The translations under genes and the position numbers were made by a program. Under the pieces are notes generated by a model. It made no database searches, was not told where the DNA came from, and worked only from the letters and a program-made list of their open reading frames with translations. A stretch of 52,563 bases of DNA, counting the filler, from Catajapyx aquilonaris (lineage: Eukaryota), in the NCBI GenBank assembly GCA_000934665.2. It is 2 parts of 2 records of this genome, joined end to end, with 100 filler letters (N's around TTAATTAATTAA, not from the genome) between each part and the next. Parts side by side here need not be neighbours in the genome. Positions count along the whole stretch, not along the records: positions 1 to 26,242 come from JYFJ02005234.1; positions 26,343 to 52,563 come from JYFJ02005235.1. One strand, 5' to 3'. This document shows, in pieces, positions 24,311 through 35,744 of this stretch. The stretch's first letter is position 1. Every line of letters starts with the position of its first letter.

Positions 24311-25495
24311 TTATATATTTGCAAATATGTTCCTCTCGCGAGCTTCATACAACAGCGGTATAAGTCTTCCGACAAACTTCGGATTAGTGTAGATCTTCTT
24401 GAACTCTTCTTTGCGTTTCAAAGACTCGACGTTGTCCTCCGTCAACGTTGACAAGTCCGGTATATTGGCAGCGTCCATAGTAATCATCGGCAGCACAAGG
24501 CATCCAAATATAAAACCAAAGAGGTAATGTTCATTATATTCTTTCAGCAGGCACTGCAGAGTAAATTTAGACGAATCCACATCAGCGTCGTTCAGGTACG
24601 ACACAAACGCATCATGGTACGCTTCGAACAGGTCATCCAAGTGCTCTCTCCGCACCTCAGCAGTGGTGCTGGTGCAGAACAGATACGCTAGGTCAAGGGT
24701 ACGTGACCCCGCACGTGATATCTGATAATCCACCATCTTAACCTCCTGTGCTTTTCCTTCCTGATCGCACTTGAACAACATGTTGTTCACCCAGCAGTCA
24801 CCGTGGCAAACGACAGCGAACCCGTCATTGACCTTTTCGACCTGTTCGCGACATGCCTGCACAACGCCATAAGGTTTCTTGAGCAGTTTCTTCATCCCCT
24901 CAGCCACGTCGCCAAAATAACCCATCGCCTTCACCACCTCCATAGTGGCCGCAAAATGCTGGTTCATATACATCACCTCCTTGTTCTTATCCGGATCGGT
25001 CATCCTCTCCTTCAAGAACGGAAACTTATCCAACAGCATCGACTTATTCCCTTTTGCAAACAAATAAGACATGGCGTGGAATCGGGCCAATTCGACCACC
25101 ACCAGTTTGCAATGGTCGTAATCCAAACCCTGTATCCGGTCCGCCATTTTGAATCCAGATCGCTTCAGATTCTCCATCAATATGAAATCATTCTTTCCAT
25201 CTGACATTCCATAATAGAACTTGGGATAAGCGGAAAAGGCGCCCATTTTGACTCCACGGTCCGCCTGAAACTTGGCTAAAGAGGGCAGCACATCTTGATA
25301 AATATTTAGCTCCTTGACAAAGGCTTGCAAATGATCCAGCATTGCCTGACGAAACGGATTGTTGGGGATGCACTTGGCCATGATGGAGTAAGAGGTGGAT
25401 TTGCCGGATTTACGGGCTTCTATCTCTACAGCATACAGGAAGGCCAGGTAGTTGTCGCCGACGTTGGAGCCTGGTGTTACTTCAACCTTGGTTAT
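24311..25495 (-). CDS. Ecdysteroid kinase-like (EcKL / CHK kinase domain) protein. Large terminal exon of 394 codons plus stop; first exon not located
   Basis: Acceptor CGCCAG at 25496 leads into ITKVEVTPGSNVGDNYL. Family motifs FILMENLKRSGFKM, LARFHAMS, VCHGDCWVNNMLF, MVDYQIS and DLAYLF are present. Confidence 0.92.
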   Translation of the reverse strand: MTKVEVTPGSNVGDNYLAFLYAVEIEARKSGKSTSYSIMAKCIPNNPFRQAMLDHLQAFVKELNIYQDVLPSLAKFQADRGVKMGAFSAYPKFYYGMSDGKNDFILMENLKRSGFKMADRIQGLDYDHCKLVVVELARFHAMSYLFAKGNKSMLLDKFPFLKERMTDPDKNKEVMYMNQHFAATMEVVKAMGYFGDVAEGMKKLLKKPYGVVQACREQVEKVNDGFAVVCHGDCWVNNMLFKCDQEGKAQEVKMVDYQISRAGSRTLDLAYLFCTSTTAEVRREHLDDLFEAYHDAFVSYLNDADVDSSKFTLQCLLKEYNEHYLFGFIFGCLVLPMITMDAANIPDLSTLTEDNVESLKRKEEFKKIYTNPKFVGRLIPLLYEARERNIFANI

Positions 25496-26242
25496 CTGGC
25501 GACAGAAAATGTTGCATTATAAAAGAAGCTGGTGCATATTTTAAATTTGCGAAATTATACCCTGGGTAGTTCAACTTGAGTCGCTTTAATGTAAAGAAAG
25601 GTATGCAACAATCAAATGGCATGTAACATGTAGTTGAAGCCCGCACCCAATTATTGCTCAGAACATGTGGCTGAGATGCGCCTAAATTGCTAATTGTGCC
25701 TCTAATCTAAGCAGTGACCAAAGGATGACTTTCCTGCACCCCAACCTATCTATTATGAAAGTGATGTTTAAAAGAATAACTTCAATATTTATGCCTTAAT
25801 CCCAATGAAGCCGCCAAAAAACACAATTGGGCCAGGAAACCGATGCATATTTTAATCATCGTGGCACCAGGTTATTAGTTAATGCGTTTAATTGCTGATG
25901 CCTAAATCCCATAGGAAAAAGTAAAATATTAACGATCCTACTACACTACATAGTACGGGTCATTAAAAATACAAGTGTTACATCACTCCCAGCACGCGAC
26001 TTCCTCACGAAAAGCAAGGTCATTGCACACTATACATGGTTGCCAAATAAGTAATTACCAGTGACAGCTGGAACCCCATGTTCTTCTAAATATTCTCGCC
26101 TAAGAAAAGTTTCCATGCACACTATTACACTTCACAAAGCGATGCTCCTAATAATAATCATAATCATAATCATAATAGTAATAATATGGACACTTTGTAT
26201 AGTTTTTTTTTTAAATTATGGAATTGTTAGCTGAAGACACTA

Positions 26243-26342
26243 NNNNNNNNNNNNNNNNNNNNNNNNNNNNNNNNNNNNNNNNNNNNTTAATTAATTAANN
26301 NNNNNNNNNNNNNNNNNNNNNNNNNNNNNNNNNNNNNNNNNN
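26243..26342. other. Assembly gap with artificial six-frame-stop linker (N44-TTAATTAATTAA-N44)
   Basis: Exactly 100 nt and symmetric, with TTAATTAATTAA at 26287-26298. Confidence 0.95.
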
Positions 26343-27983
26343 AGAGCGCGTCCAACACCCGCATGTGACGTCACGGCGGGAGAGCGGTGATGCGCATTCG
26401 GACGCGCCAGTTGAGCCCAGGTAGGGTTAAGGAATACGCCGGTTGGGAGGCTTCAACGTGGCGGCCGATCGAGCGGCACAAATTATTAGAGCAAATATTT
26501 TAGCACTAAAATATGGGGAGAGTAATGGAAAACTTTTATAATATGAGTGCCTGTTGTAAGTTCGGTGAATGGCTAGATTTTTCAAATTGATCGGGTGTGC
26601 ATGCCTGGTTTCTGACGTAATCGTAATGCTGCCATCTGTTGATCGAGTACTGTAACGTTCGATTTACAATTACAGTAGCAATTACTTTTTTTTCTTCTTC
26701 ATTATTTATTAAAGAATGTTATAGCGTACTTATAGCAGTAATTACACTGTCAAAAACTTACTTGTTGTCCAATGATGAGGAAGCAAGTTACAATATTGCC
26801 ATTATATTGAAAGCTTCCTTATTATTTACTGGGACGACAGTGGGTACAGTGTACTTGTCTCTTGTTTAGGGAGCGGATAAATTGGGCTGTAATATCAGGA
26901 GTAAATGACATTTATTACACAGCTTTAGAAGAAAGTCGAGCAGCATTGCTGCTGACAGTAAATATGCGAGTGTTTGAGAAATGCTCTAATTATTGCTGGG
27001 TCGTTTAAAAAAAAAAAAAAAGTTTGGAGCTAAAAATAATAAAAAAATTAACCACATCCGACACGTGTGCCCTTCATTGCACGATAACCTACATTTTAAT
27101 GTGGCGATAAGTGTTGCTCCTTGTTATTGCAGCATATCGCAAGGGAATGAAAATGGGCATGACGAGTTGCGGACCAGCATATTATTATTCCCAGGAATCA
27201 TCTGAAACTCTTAACAGTGCTCTGCTTGGTCCTTAACAGTGCTTGGCTTAACATGCCACAAAGAGAAGCAACGTAGTACCATATCCGTCACGCAGATAGC
27301 TATCGGACAGACAGAGGCACAGACTCGAGCCAATTATATCAAAATTTTCATCACCACAGTATGAATCATCCTTTTGTGCAATTTTTGTCTTTTCATTTGG
27401 GGTGTCGCACACGTCATTCAATTTTCCCATTATGTCCCCTCGTCTTTGTGACTCACAATAAAAATCACAGCATGATGCAAAATCGCGTCCCCTTTTTGCA
27501 CACCATTACGAATCAATATCGGTCAGCAACAAGCTGGGCAGCTGCTGCCTCCAATATAAATGTTAACGTCTCTATCTGAACCGTTAGTCCTTACCTGTCA
27601 GTCATATAGATACAGTGTGTGTCATATTGATAAGAGTTTACCGGTACCTACAGGGACTTTGGCCGTCACAAGTGGGCGTGGGTGATGCTGGTGTTGGTTT
27701 GGTGTGGTGGTCGGTGGGGGGGTTGACTTTAAAAACAGGCGTTAAAGGCCATGACAACATCACAACATCCGCGAGTTGGCTTCAGGCCACCAACAAGTGT
27801 GTGTGTAGTACGTGTGAAGAAGCAATGAGACACGAGGGGAACATATCGATCTCATCACGTTAGAGATTTATCCTGTGGGAAGAAGAAGAAAAAAAAAGAG
27901 CCGGCATATTTATTTCGTTCCGTTTTCCCTCCAGAATTTCGTTGGACCAATAGGAAGACAGGGTGAGTCTCACGCATGTATAG

Positions 27984-27991
27984 TATAAAAG
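27984..27991 (+). promoter_or_regulatory. Candidate TATA box of the SLC22 gene
   Basis: TATAAAAG about 34 bp before an Inr-like CAGT and 97 bp before the ATG at 28081. Confidence 0.55.
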
Positions 27992-28080
27992 GAGCTATTG
28001 TGTGCCTGAGTCGCTCCCAGTCTGCAGACTGGTTTCAGTGGCGTTTGTTTTGGTTTGGGGAGAGTCCCAGGAAAAAAAAC

Positions 28081-31000
28081 ATGAACGCCGAACAGAAGGT
28101 AAATAGTTAGATTAACCCAGGATTAAACCCAGGAACATATAATCATGATCATGGTTGCAAATTTTACGCAATTTTAGCATCTGTATAGGCTACTCAACAG
28201 GAAAAAAAAGTAGTGTGTACGCATTTTTTGGGGGGTGTAATTCAGTGCAAAATAAAATTATGTGCCAAATATATGTACAGGGTGACCCCAAAAGTCTGGA
28301 CACATGCGGTTTACCAATATTGTCAACCAGAAATAAAATAGTATATACCTCCTTTGTGTCCAGACTTTTGGGTCACTTACTCTGTTGCTCCCTTTTTTGT
28401 GTGTGAATCTCACTGAATGAAAGTTTTGACGGAATAGTGACCAGAAAGTAGTGCGATAAAAATTGGCGAGGAACGGAATTTCTGGAACCAAGGCTCAAAA
28501 TGGCATAAAAATTCGATGCAATTGCAGCAGATTTTTGAGGAGTAATTAGTCATTTTGGGTTGGTGTTGTCAGCTTTAATGGCTAACGTGATTGGTCGATG
28601 TGGATCGTGTGATGGACAGTGTTGCCGAAGTTTGCATGGTCTCAAGTAACAGGCCCTCCAGCTATATATTTTAGCCCAGCATTTTTTTTTTTCAACGTCC
28701 AGTTGATAGCTCAATAGTGTGGGCTAATTATATTTGCACAACGGGGCCTGCTAATTACGGGATTAATTGAAGTGCGTGTGGAATCGATCAGCCACGTGGA
28801 CTCTTATCGATTCAGGATGACTCGTCGTACTCCATGAAATAAAAGCACGTTTTACGCACAGCACGTGTTGCGCTTGCGTAACCCATTTTCAGTCCATTAA
28901 AAAAAAAAATTTGTTGGTGCCATTTTTGAGGTGGGCCATTGCCTAAATTCTGAACCTTGGAAGGTCACTGACATTCCCCAGCAGTCTTGGCCAAGTCTAA
29001 GCTCTGGAAACTATTCTTAGAGTGTGTTTCCACATGTGGCGTACGTAAAGGCGAGAAGACGATGAGGAATAAATTATTATTACTTTCCCAACTTCGACAA
29101 AACACGAACTGGTTGAAAGTGGATTTCATTAATTACAGTGTTTTTCGTGTCTGACAATGTAAATCATGATCAGTAGGGAACGTCTTGATAAGTTTCGGTT
29201 GAAGGAACGAACTCCTTTTTGACCTCTTCGTTTTATACGTTTAAAAAAAAAAGTACTTGTGGCAGTAAATTTTACACTTTACTTACACCCATGGCAAAAT
29301 TAGGTCAATGAATTGGAGCAAAAGCAAGGTCGGATATTTATGGAGATTCGTGAGGAGGTTAACAACTTCTCTCGGGCTTTGGTGCAGGCTACACTGTTAG
29401 CCAATAATTCAGAATCGTGCAATGCGACGGACCGTGCCTGGCAGGGACACGACTGGTGCGGTCACTCCAAGTCCACACAACCTGGCCTAACAAAAGTTAA
29501 CTACCTTTTACTGTAAATGGTGTTTATGGATCGACAACCTGCCTCGTGCATTTTATACAATGTACCAATTTGTCCTTCATTCGTTATCTACACATCTATA
29601 TGATATGCATGTGCACTTGCGCCACCTTTTATTCTATTTTAAAAAGGCAATAACAAGCGCATGTGCGCATCACCTGGCTGGCTTGCTGCTTTAATATTAA
29701 TGTGAGTTGAGCAGGTGATTGGATTGCTTCGTCACTGCCTGGATATGTATGTGTGAATACATGTAGGGTTATTTTGTTTTGCATTGCTTTGTTGGCTCTT
29801 TTGCAGAAGACAGCTCTCGGGATGAAGTTCGACACGGTCCTCTCCCATCTTGGGGAGTTTGGCAGGTACCAGAAGAGGGTGTATTTCCTCCTGTGTCTTC
29901 CTGCCATCTCCTGTGCGATGCACAAGTTGGCATGGGTCTTCCTGGGAGCAAGGGTTGACCACAGGTGAGTGGAAAAAAAAATTGTTTGAAAAAAAGTAAG
30001 CATAAGTGGGTCGAATCCCCAGAATAAATAGTTGGCATTAGACACGAATTCCACAGAGGATATATAGAAATTTCTTCGTAGAAACAGCACAATCAATTAT
30101 GTATAGGTCGAAATATACACAATGTGACAATGGCATTGTTGGCTTTGAGCACCAAGGTTAAGGCGGCCGATTCTCTCATTAATGGTCGATTCTCTCATTA
30201 ATGGCCGATTACACGGTAATGGAATTCCTGCTGCTTTCTTGCAATGAAGCGCGCAAAATATAATAATATATCTGTGCACATGCCAGCGACATGCAGTCGC
30301 GATTACTGCTGTAACAGCTGCGCACAATCTGATCATATCTGCTTGAAGCGAAGGTCAATATTTATTTTTCAAAAAAAAAAAGTGCTTGCAAACTGGGGCT
30401 CAAAAGGACGCACTATATTGCAAGTATAGAAGCTATTTTTACATACGCCGTGAAATTATTAGAAATATGTAGTTTACTGGTGGAAATAGGGTATTGTTCA
30501 CTCCAGCAATTGCTTCGGGTAAATAGTCTTTAGTGCACTACCCCGTACGCAAATAAATGAGCTGAGGCCAAATTCTTGCGCAATGGTCTCTTTGCAAGCT
30601 TTAAAAAAAAATATGGCACGACCTGCTCAGATGGTAATGTCGCAAAAATCTTATGTAATAAGAGAGGAGGCACGAATCATGCAAAAATTTCAGTCTTTTG
30701 TGCGAACTCTAATGATCTGATATGTGCACTTCCTCTTACGTGATGCCCTTACAATGCAGTCTGAAAGTGACCTTCTGTGCCAATGCAAAACCGTACTTCT
30801 TTTCAGTTTGAATCAAAAGTTTAAAATGCCATTCATACAATGTTACAGCCTCCCCCCCCCCCCCCCCTNCCCCCCCCTTTTTGCCTTGATATATCAAAGA
30901 CGGGCAGCTGTACTCTTTTCAAACCTCAATTGAAGCATTGCTGTGTGCTGCACCAGCACAATGCCGAATTTACAATTCAAAACTTCATGCATCTGCCATT

Positions 31001-34000
31001 GATACATCCGCTTCCACAATTGGTGTCAATCGTGGCCACTCATGTGCCATCACGTGGTATGGACGTGTATGTGTAATGAGGAAGCTTCCTTTTCTTGGTT
31101 GTAATCTCAGAACAAGCAAACGGACACGGGTTCACGGATCGATCACACGTACTTGAAATAGAGTAATAGATATGTTTATCTCAGGAGGTGCTCGATGGGA
31201 GGGATAAAATGGAAGGGGGGGAAAAAAAAGTTCAACTCGTGTCGAACAGGAGTGTATAAACCTTGAGACGGATATTGCAATGTTGTGTGTGTGTGTTTTT
31301 TTAAAGACCGGTTTTGCAGGATTTGCAAATTTTTTTGGAGCACATACAAGGTGGTTTGTCACCATTGTGAACGTCAAAGGTGGAGCAGAAAAAACAGAGA
31401 TAATAATTATCACTGATCATGCTAAGGATTTTTGTTTGCTTTTGAACCGTTTTGAAAGCCTATGTTTGGTAACGATGTTTCTGAAACTAAATCACATCTG
31501 TACAGCACAAAATTATCCAGGTGTTTACTGCATAAGTTTGAACTCGTTAATGATACACCCTGTATGTCCTTCGAGTGAATGGGACTAGTTAAGTAAGTTA
31601 CAGGTTCGTTGCCAATCAGGTTTTCTGGCCCTTTATTTATTAGCCAAAGAAATGTAAACAACTGAGAGCTGTCATTTATATTGCGACGGTCCTGTAATTT
31701 TTTATTCACAAAAATGTCAATTACATGGGAGCGTTCACTTCACATAAAAAAAGGTTGCCAGATTAATTTCCGGGATTGTTTGTGCCATCAATCGTGATGG
31801 TTGGGTTCCAAGTCCTTCCAATCCAAAGTCTCTGCTTGTGCCCGTATCAAAGGTCAACGATTTAGCAGGATCAAAGTGTATACAGGGGGGCTTTCTTGGC
31901 AAGTAATTTTGCTGATTATGTCCGGATTACTTCTTTATATATATAAAAAAAGATAAAATTGGACAGCGGCCTCGTGTGACGAAAAATTCGGATCTGATAT
32001 TTTTTTTGTTATTGAATGTGTAAAACACAAATTTTACGATCGCGTCCATATATATATATGGCTATGGTAATCATATAATCTTTACAACTGATGGTTACTC
32101 TATTATGCAGCACCTTGTCCTGATATAGTCTGCCTGGCATGGTGCACACACGTCAATGAATAGCAAATTAGCTGCATTGACATGCTGATTCCCAAAAAAA
32201 ATATTTCGCAATGTATTAATTTTATTTCCAGATGTTTGCTTCCGAACGAGTTTCCCAATAACGCGACTTACGAGCTGACACCAGAGCAGCTGAACTCCAG
32301 CTACCCTTGGGATTCTCTGGCCCAAAAATGGTCGCAATGCAGCTACCTGGACCAGAACGGTACCGCAAGATCCTGCGAGGAAATGGTGTACGACACCTCC
32401 AAGTACAAGAGCAGCGCAGTCATAGACGTAAGGACAACCTCTGTCAATTATAATTATTATATGTAATACATATAACATTTGTTGTCAGTGGGGAATGACG
32501 TGCGAGAGGTCGGTGATTCACGCGACTGCCCAAGCATTGTTCATGGTCGGTGTCCTCCTGGGGTCAATCGTCTTTGGAGACCTTTCCGATCGGTAATAAT
32601 CAATCGAATTGCGCAGACAAGAAAGACTTAATTGTTTGACCTCTTTCTGTGTGAAAATATGTAAGGTATGGACGTCGACCGGTGTTCTTCGGGTCGCTGG
32701 TACTGCAGGTGGTGAGCGGGATATTGGCAGGGTTGGCTCCGGAGTACATCTCGTTCGTGGCGGTACGTATTCTGGTCGGAGCAAGCACCTCGGGAGTCTT
32801 CCTGGTGGCGTACGTCATTGGTAAGGAAGCTGTACACGGAACACGATGACACTCTACCCAGAATGTGCCGAACACAGGTGTGGAGCTGGTGGGTCCGAAC
32901 CATCGCCTGTTCACCGGTACAGTGTGCCAGATATTCTTCAGCTGCGGGTACATGGTGACGGCCCTGTTTGCGTACCTGATCGACGACTGGAAGATGCTGC
33001 AGATCGCCTTGTCGCTTCCGGGTCTTCTCTTCCTCTGCTACTGGTGGTGAGTCCGAGCTCTTCAGCATGTTTTAATTGCCCCACCACAATTGATGTTTCC
33101 ATCACAATAAGGTTTGTGCCGGAGTCCATACGATGGCTGATGTCCCAGGGAAGAAACGAGGAGGCGGTGTCGCTCATCCGGAAGGCAGCGGCTGAGAACA
33201 AGGTGTCCATGCCGGACGAGGTGTACGACAGCATCCTGAAGGCCGAGGCGGACGTCGAGGTCAAGCCGGCCGCAGTGGTCAAGAAGGCCAGTCTGCTGGA
33301 CCTCCTCAGGACGCCCAACATGAGGAAGAAGTCTATCAACATCTTCTTCAACTGGTTAGCAATTAAGATCCATATATGTATACAGAATGGAGGACAACTG
33401 GACAAGTGTGTCTCCGTTTCAGGTTCGTGAACAGCGGTGTGTACTACGGCCTGTCTCTGAACACGTCCAACCTGGGCGGAAACGACTACCTGAACTTCCT
33501 GATATCAGGTGCTGTGGAGATACCGGCGTACCTCTCTGTACTATTCACTCTGAACATTTGGGGCAGGAAGTACATGCTCTGCGGGAACATGATCGTCGGA
33601 GGCGTCGCTCTGCTCTTGACATTAGCAGTACCTGATGGTATGTTCAAAAAAAAAGGTACAAAAAAATATGTCCCAATTGTCTCATCCGCATTATTATTTT
33701 TTTGTTCGCAGATCTTCCAGTGCTGACCATAACCTTAGCCATGCTGGGCAAGATGGCCATCACAGCTTCGTACGGCATCATCTACATATTTTCGGCCGAG
33801 CATTTTCCGACCGTGGTCAGAAACGTCGGTATTGGAGCCAGTTCGACAAGTGCTCGAGTTGGAGGTATCCTGGCTCCGTACATCATCCTGCTGGTATGTA
33901 TTACAATATGGCACACCAAAAAAAAATTTAGAAGCAAAAAAAAACTGCAAAAATTCGCAAAAACCTGTTTGCATTTTATTTCCACAGGCCGATTTCTGGA

Positions 34001-34383
34001 GACCGTTTCCTCTCCTGATATTCGGCGGATTGGCCTTCGTGGCAGGGATATTCGCACTTTTGCTGCCCGAGACGTTGAACCGCAAACTTCCAGAGACCAT
34101 AGAGGACGGAGAGAGGTTTGGACCGTAAGCATTGTTGTGCTGAACATTCAGGACGACTTGTCTGATTTTCTGGTTTTTCTTGATATTGTCTGATCTTCTG
34201 GATTTTCTTGAATTGTCTGATCTTCTGATTTTTCTTGAATTGTATGATCTTCTGAATTTTCTTGAATTGTATGATTTTTGCAGGAGAGGGATTGAGGAAG
34301 CTGACAGCAGCGAGAAGACTATAATCAACGGGCTACTGGGTGGGCCAAATGAGAAGGAGAAAGAGGCATCCTTGCCCAGCTAA
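28081..34383 (+). CDS. SLC22 organic cation transporter (Orct-like, MFS), about 558 aa. Exons 28081-28098, 29807-29964, 32232-32427, 32489-32592, 32666-32820, 32878-33046, 33112-33354, 33423-33637, 33712-33893, 33988-34124, 34284-34383
   Basis: Phase-consistent GT-AG model totalling 1677 nt. Motifs MKFDTVLSHLGEFGRYQ, LSDRYGRRP, VPESIRWL, AEHFPTVVRN and LLPETLNRKLPETIED. The 18-nt first exon is less certain; M in MKFD is an alternative start. Confidence 0.93.
28278..28384. mobile_element. Very short Tc1/mariner-type MITE in SLC22 intron 1
   Basis: TA|CAGGGTGACCCCAAAAGTCTGGACACA ... TGTGTCCAGACTTTTGGGTCAC, with a degenerate right tip. Confidence 0.65.
34175..34280. repeat. About 4 copies of a 27-bp tandem repeat in the last SLC22 intron
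   Basis: Unit TTTTCTTGAATTGT[C/A]TGATCTTCTG[G/A/T]A, running up to the acceptor at 34283. Confidence 0.85.
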
Positions 34384-35744
34384 TGGAAAACAATGGGGCC
34401 GCGCAGAGACCGTTGATGTTGGGCTTCCAAAAGTAGCGTTTATTAATATTAACATATTGCTTCCATTCCACTTTAGAGAGACTATACATGAAAATTATTG
34501 AGAGCCACATCCACTGCCACTCTGCCAATTTAAAAGCCTCTGCTCAAGTAACAGATATTTTAGACGTCTGAATTAATATTGCGACGTATATGAATACTAT
34601 TTTTCATCTAGTCAAAGTCCTTTTTTTTTGTGCCACGAATGTTAATTACACCACCGTGTAAAAAGTTGCCCACAGTTCATTAGGGAGGAATTGGATTGTT
34701 CTCTCCGGCAATGTGTTAGAAGCAACAAGCTGGTTGCTAGAGTAAACAATATTTGTTCAGTTCACCACCGCTGAATATTTTCAAAGTAAAAAATAGAATA
34801 AATAGAAAATTGTCACCAAAGATGCCTTTTTAAAGAGTCGAATGAAGGGTGTTCTAGAGGCACATGGTTAATTAAATCCCAAGGTCATCTGGATAATGAT
34901 GCATCCTGTTTTGTTACGAAGTTTTTTCCAATCTTGAGGTCGTTACACTGCTGGTTCATAACAGATTGTGGCGTATGCGTGTCACCAAAAGTTTCAGGAG
35001 GTGACAGTGTGAATGACTGCCTTTGGTTGTAAGATTAAAATATATTTAAACCAACAATATGGTGATAACGTTGTGGGCCAATTGTGCAACTATTAAGTTA
35101 CGTATATAATATCATATACCTATAATGTAATGTGCGAAGGTTTTGTTCTCGCATATTTTCCAGTACAGTATCTGTACTTTGTCAGATTTTGACTGGCATG
35201 GTGAGGTGTTGTTCACAAACTGATGAAATTATGTACTCTCATAAATTGTTAAATAAACATTTTGTATTACATCATCACCAGTGTTCAAGTTTTATACACA
35301 ACCTCTTGAACACCTGTATATGGCTTTAACCACTTTGACAGGTATTGCACACAATAGGTGGGCCATAAGAAAATGTCGAAGTAACTGTCACAAAAATACA
35401 TGTTTATTTGTTCAGTAAATTTATATCCATAACATGTCAAATATGTATAATATTATGCAAATATGCTCTCCAAAAAAATAGTATTTTTTTACCCTGCGTT
35501 TTTCATAGCTTAGGAATCCACGTCCAAGGTCACTTTTTATTTTGGCTTAAATGTCTGGCTCACAACAATGTTATATTTCACAGCATCACTGCCAATGACA
35601 TATACGTACAGTAGTTACACGGAAGACATCAAAGTTTTAACCATATATTTTTCTCTCCTTTTTTCCTCAGCACAACAACAGTAGAAAAATAAACATGTTC
35701 AGCCTTACCTGCGGAATGAACCCTAATCTTAATTATAAACCCAG

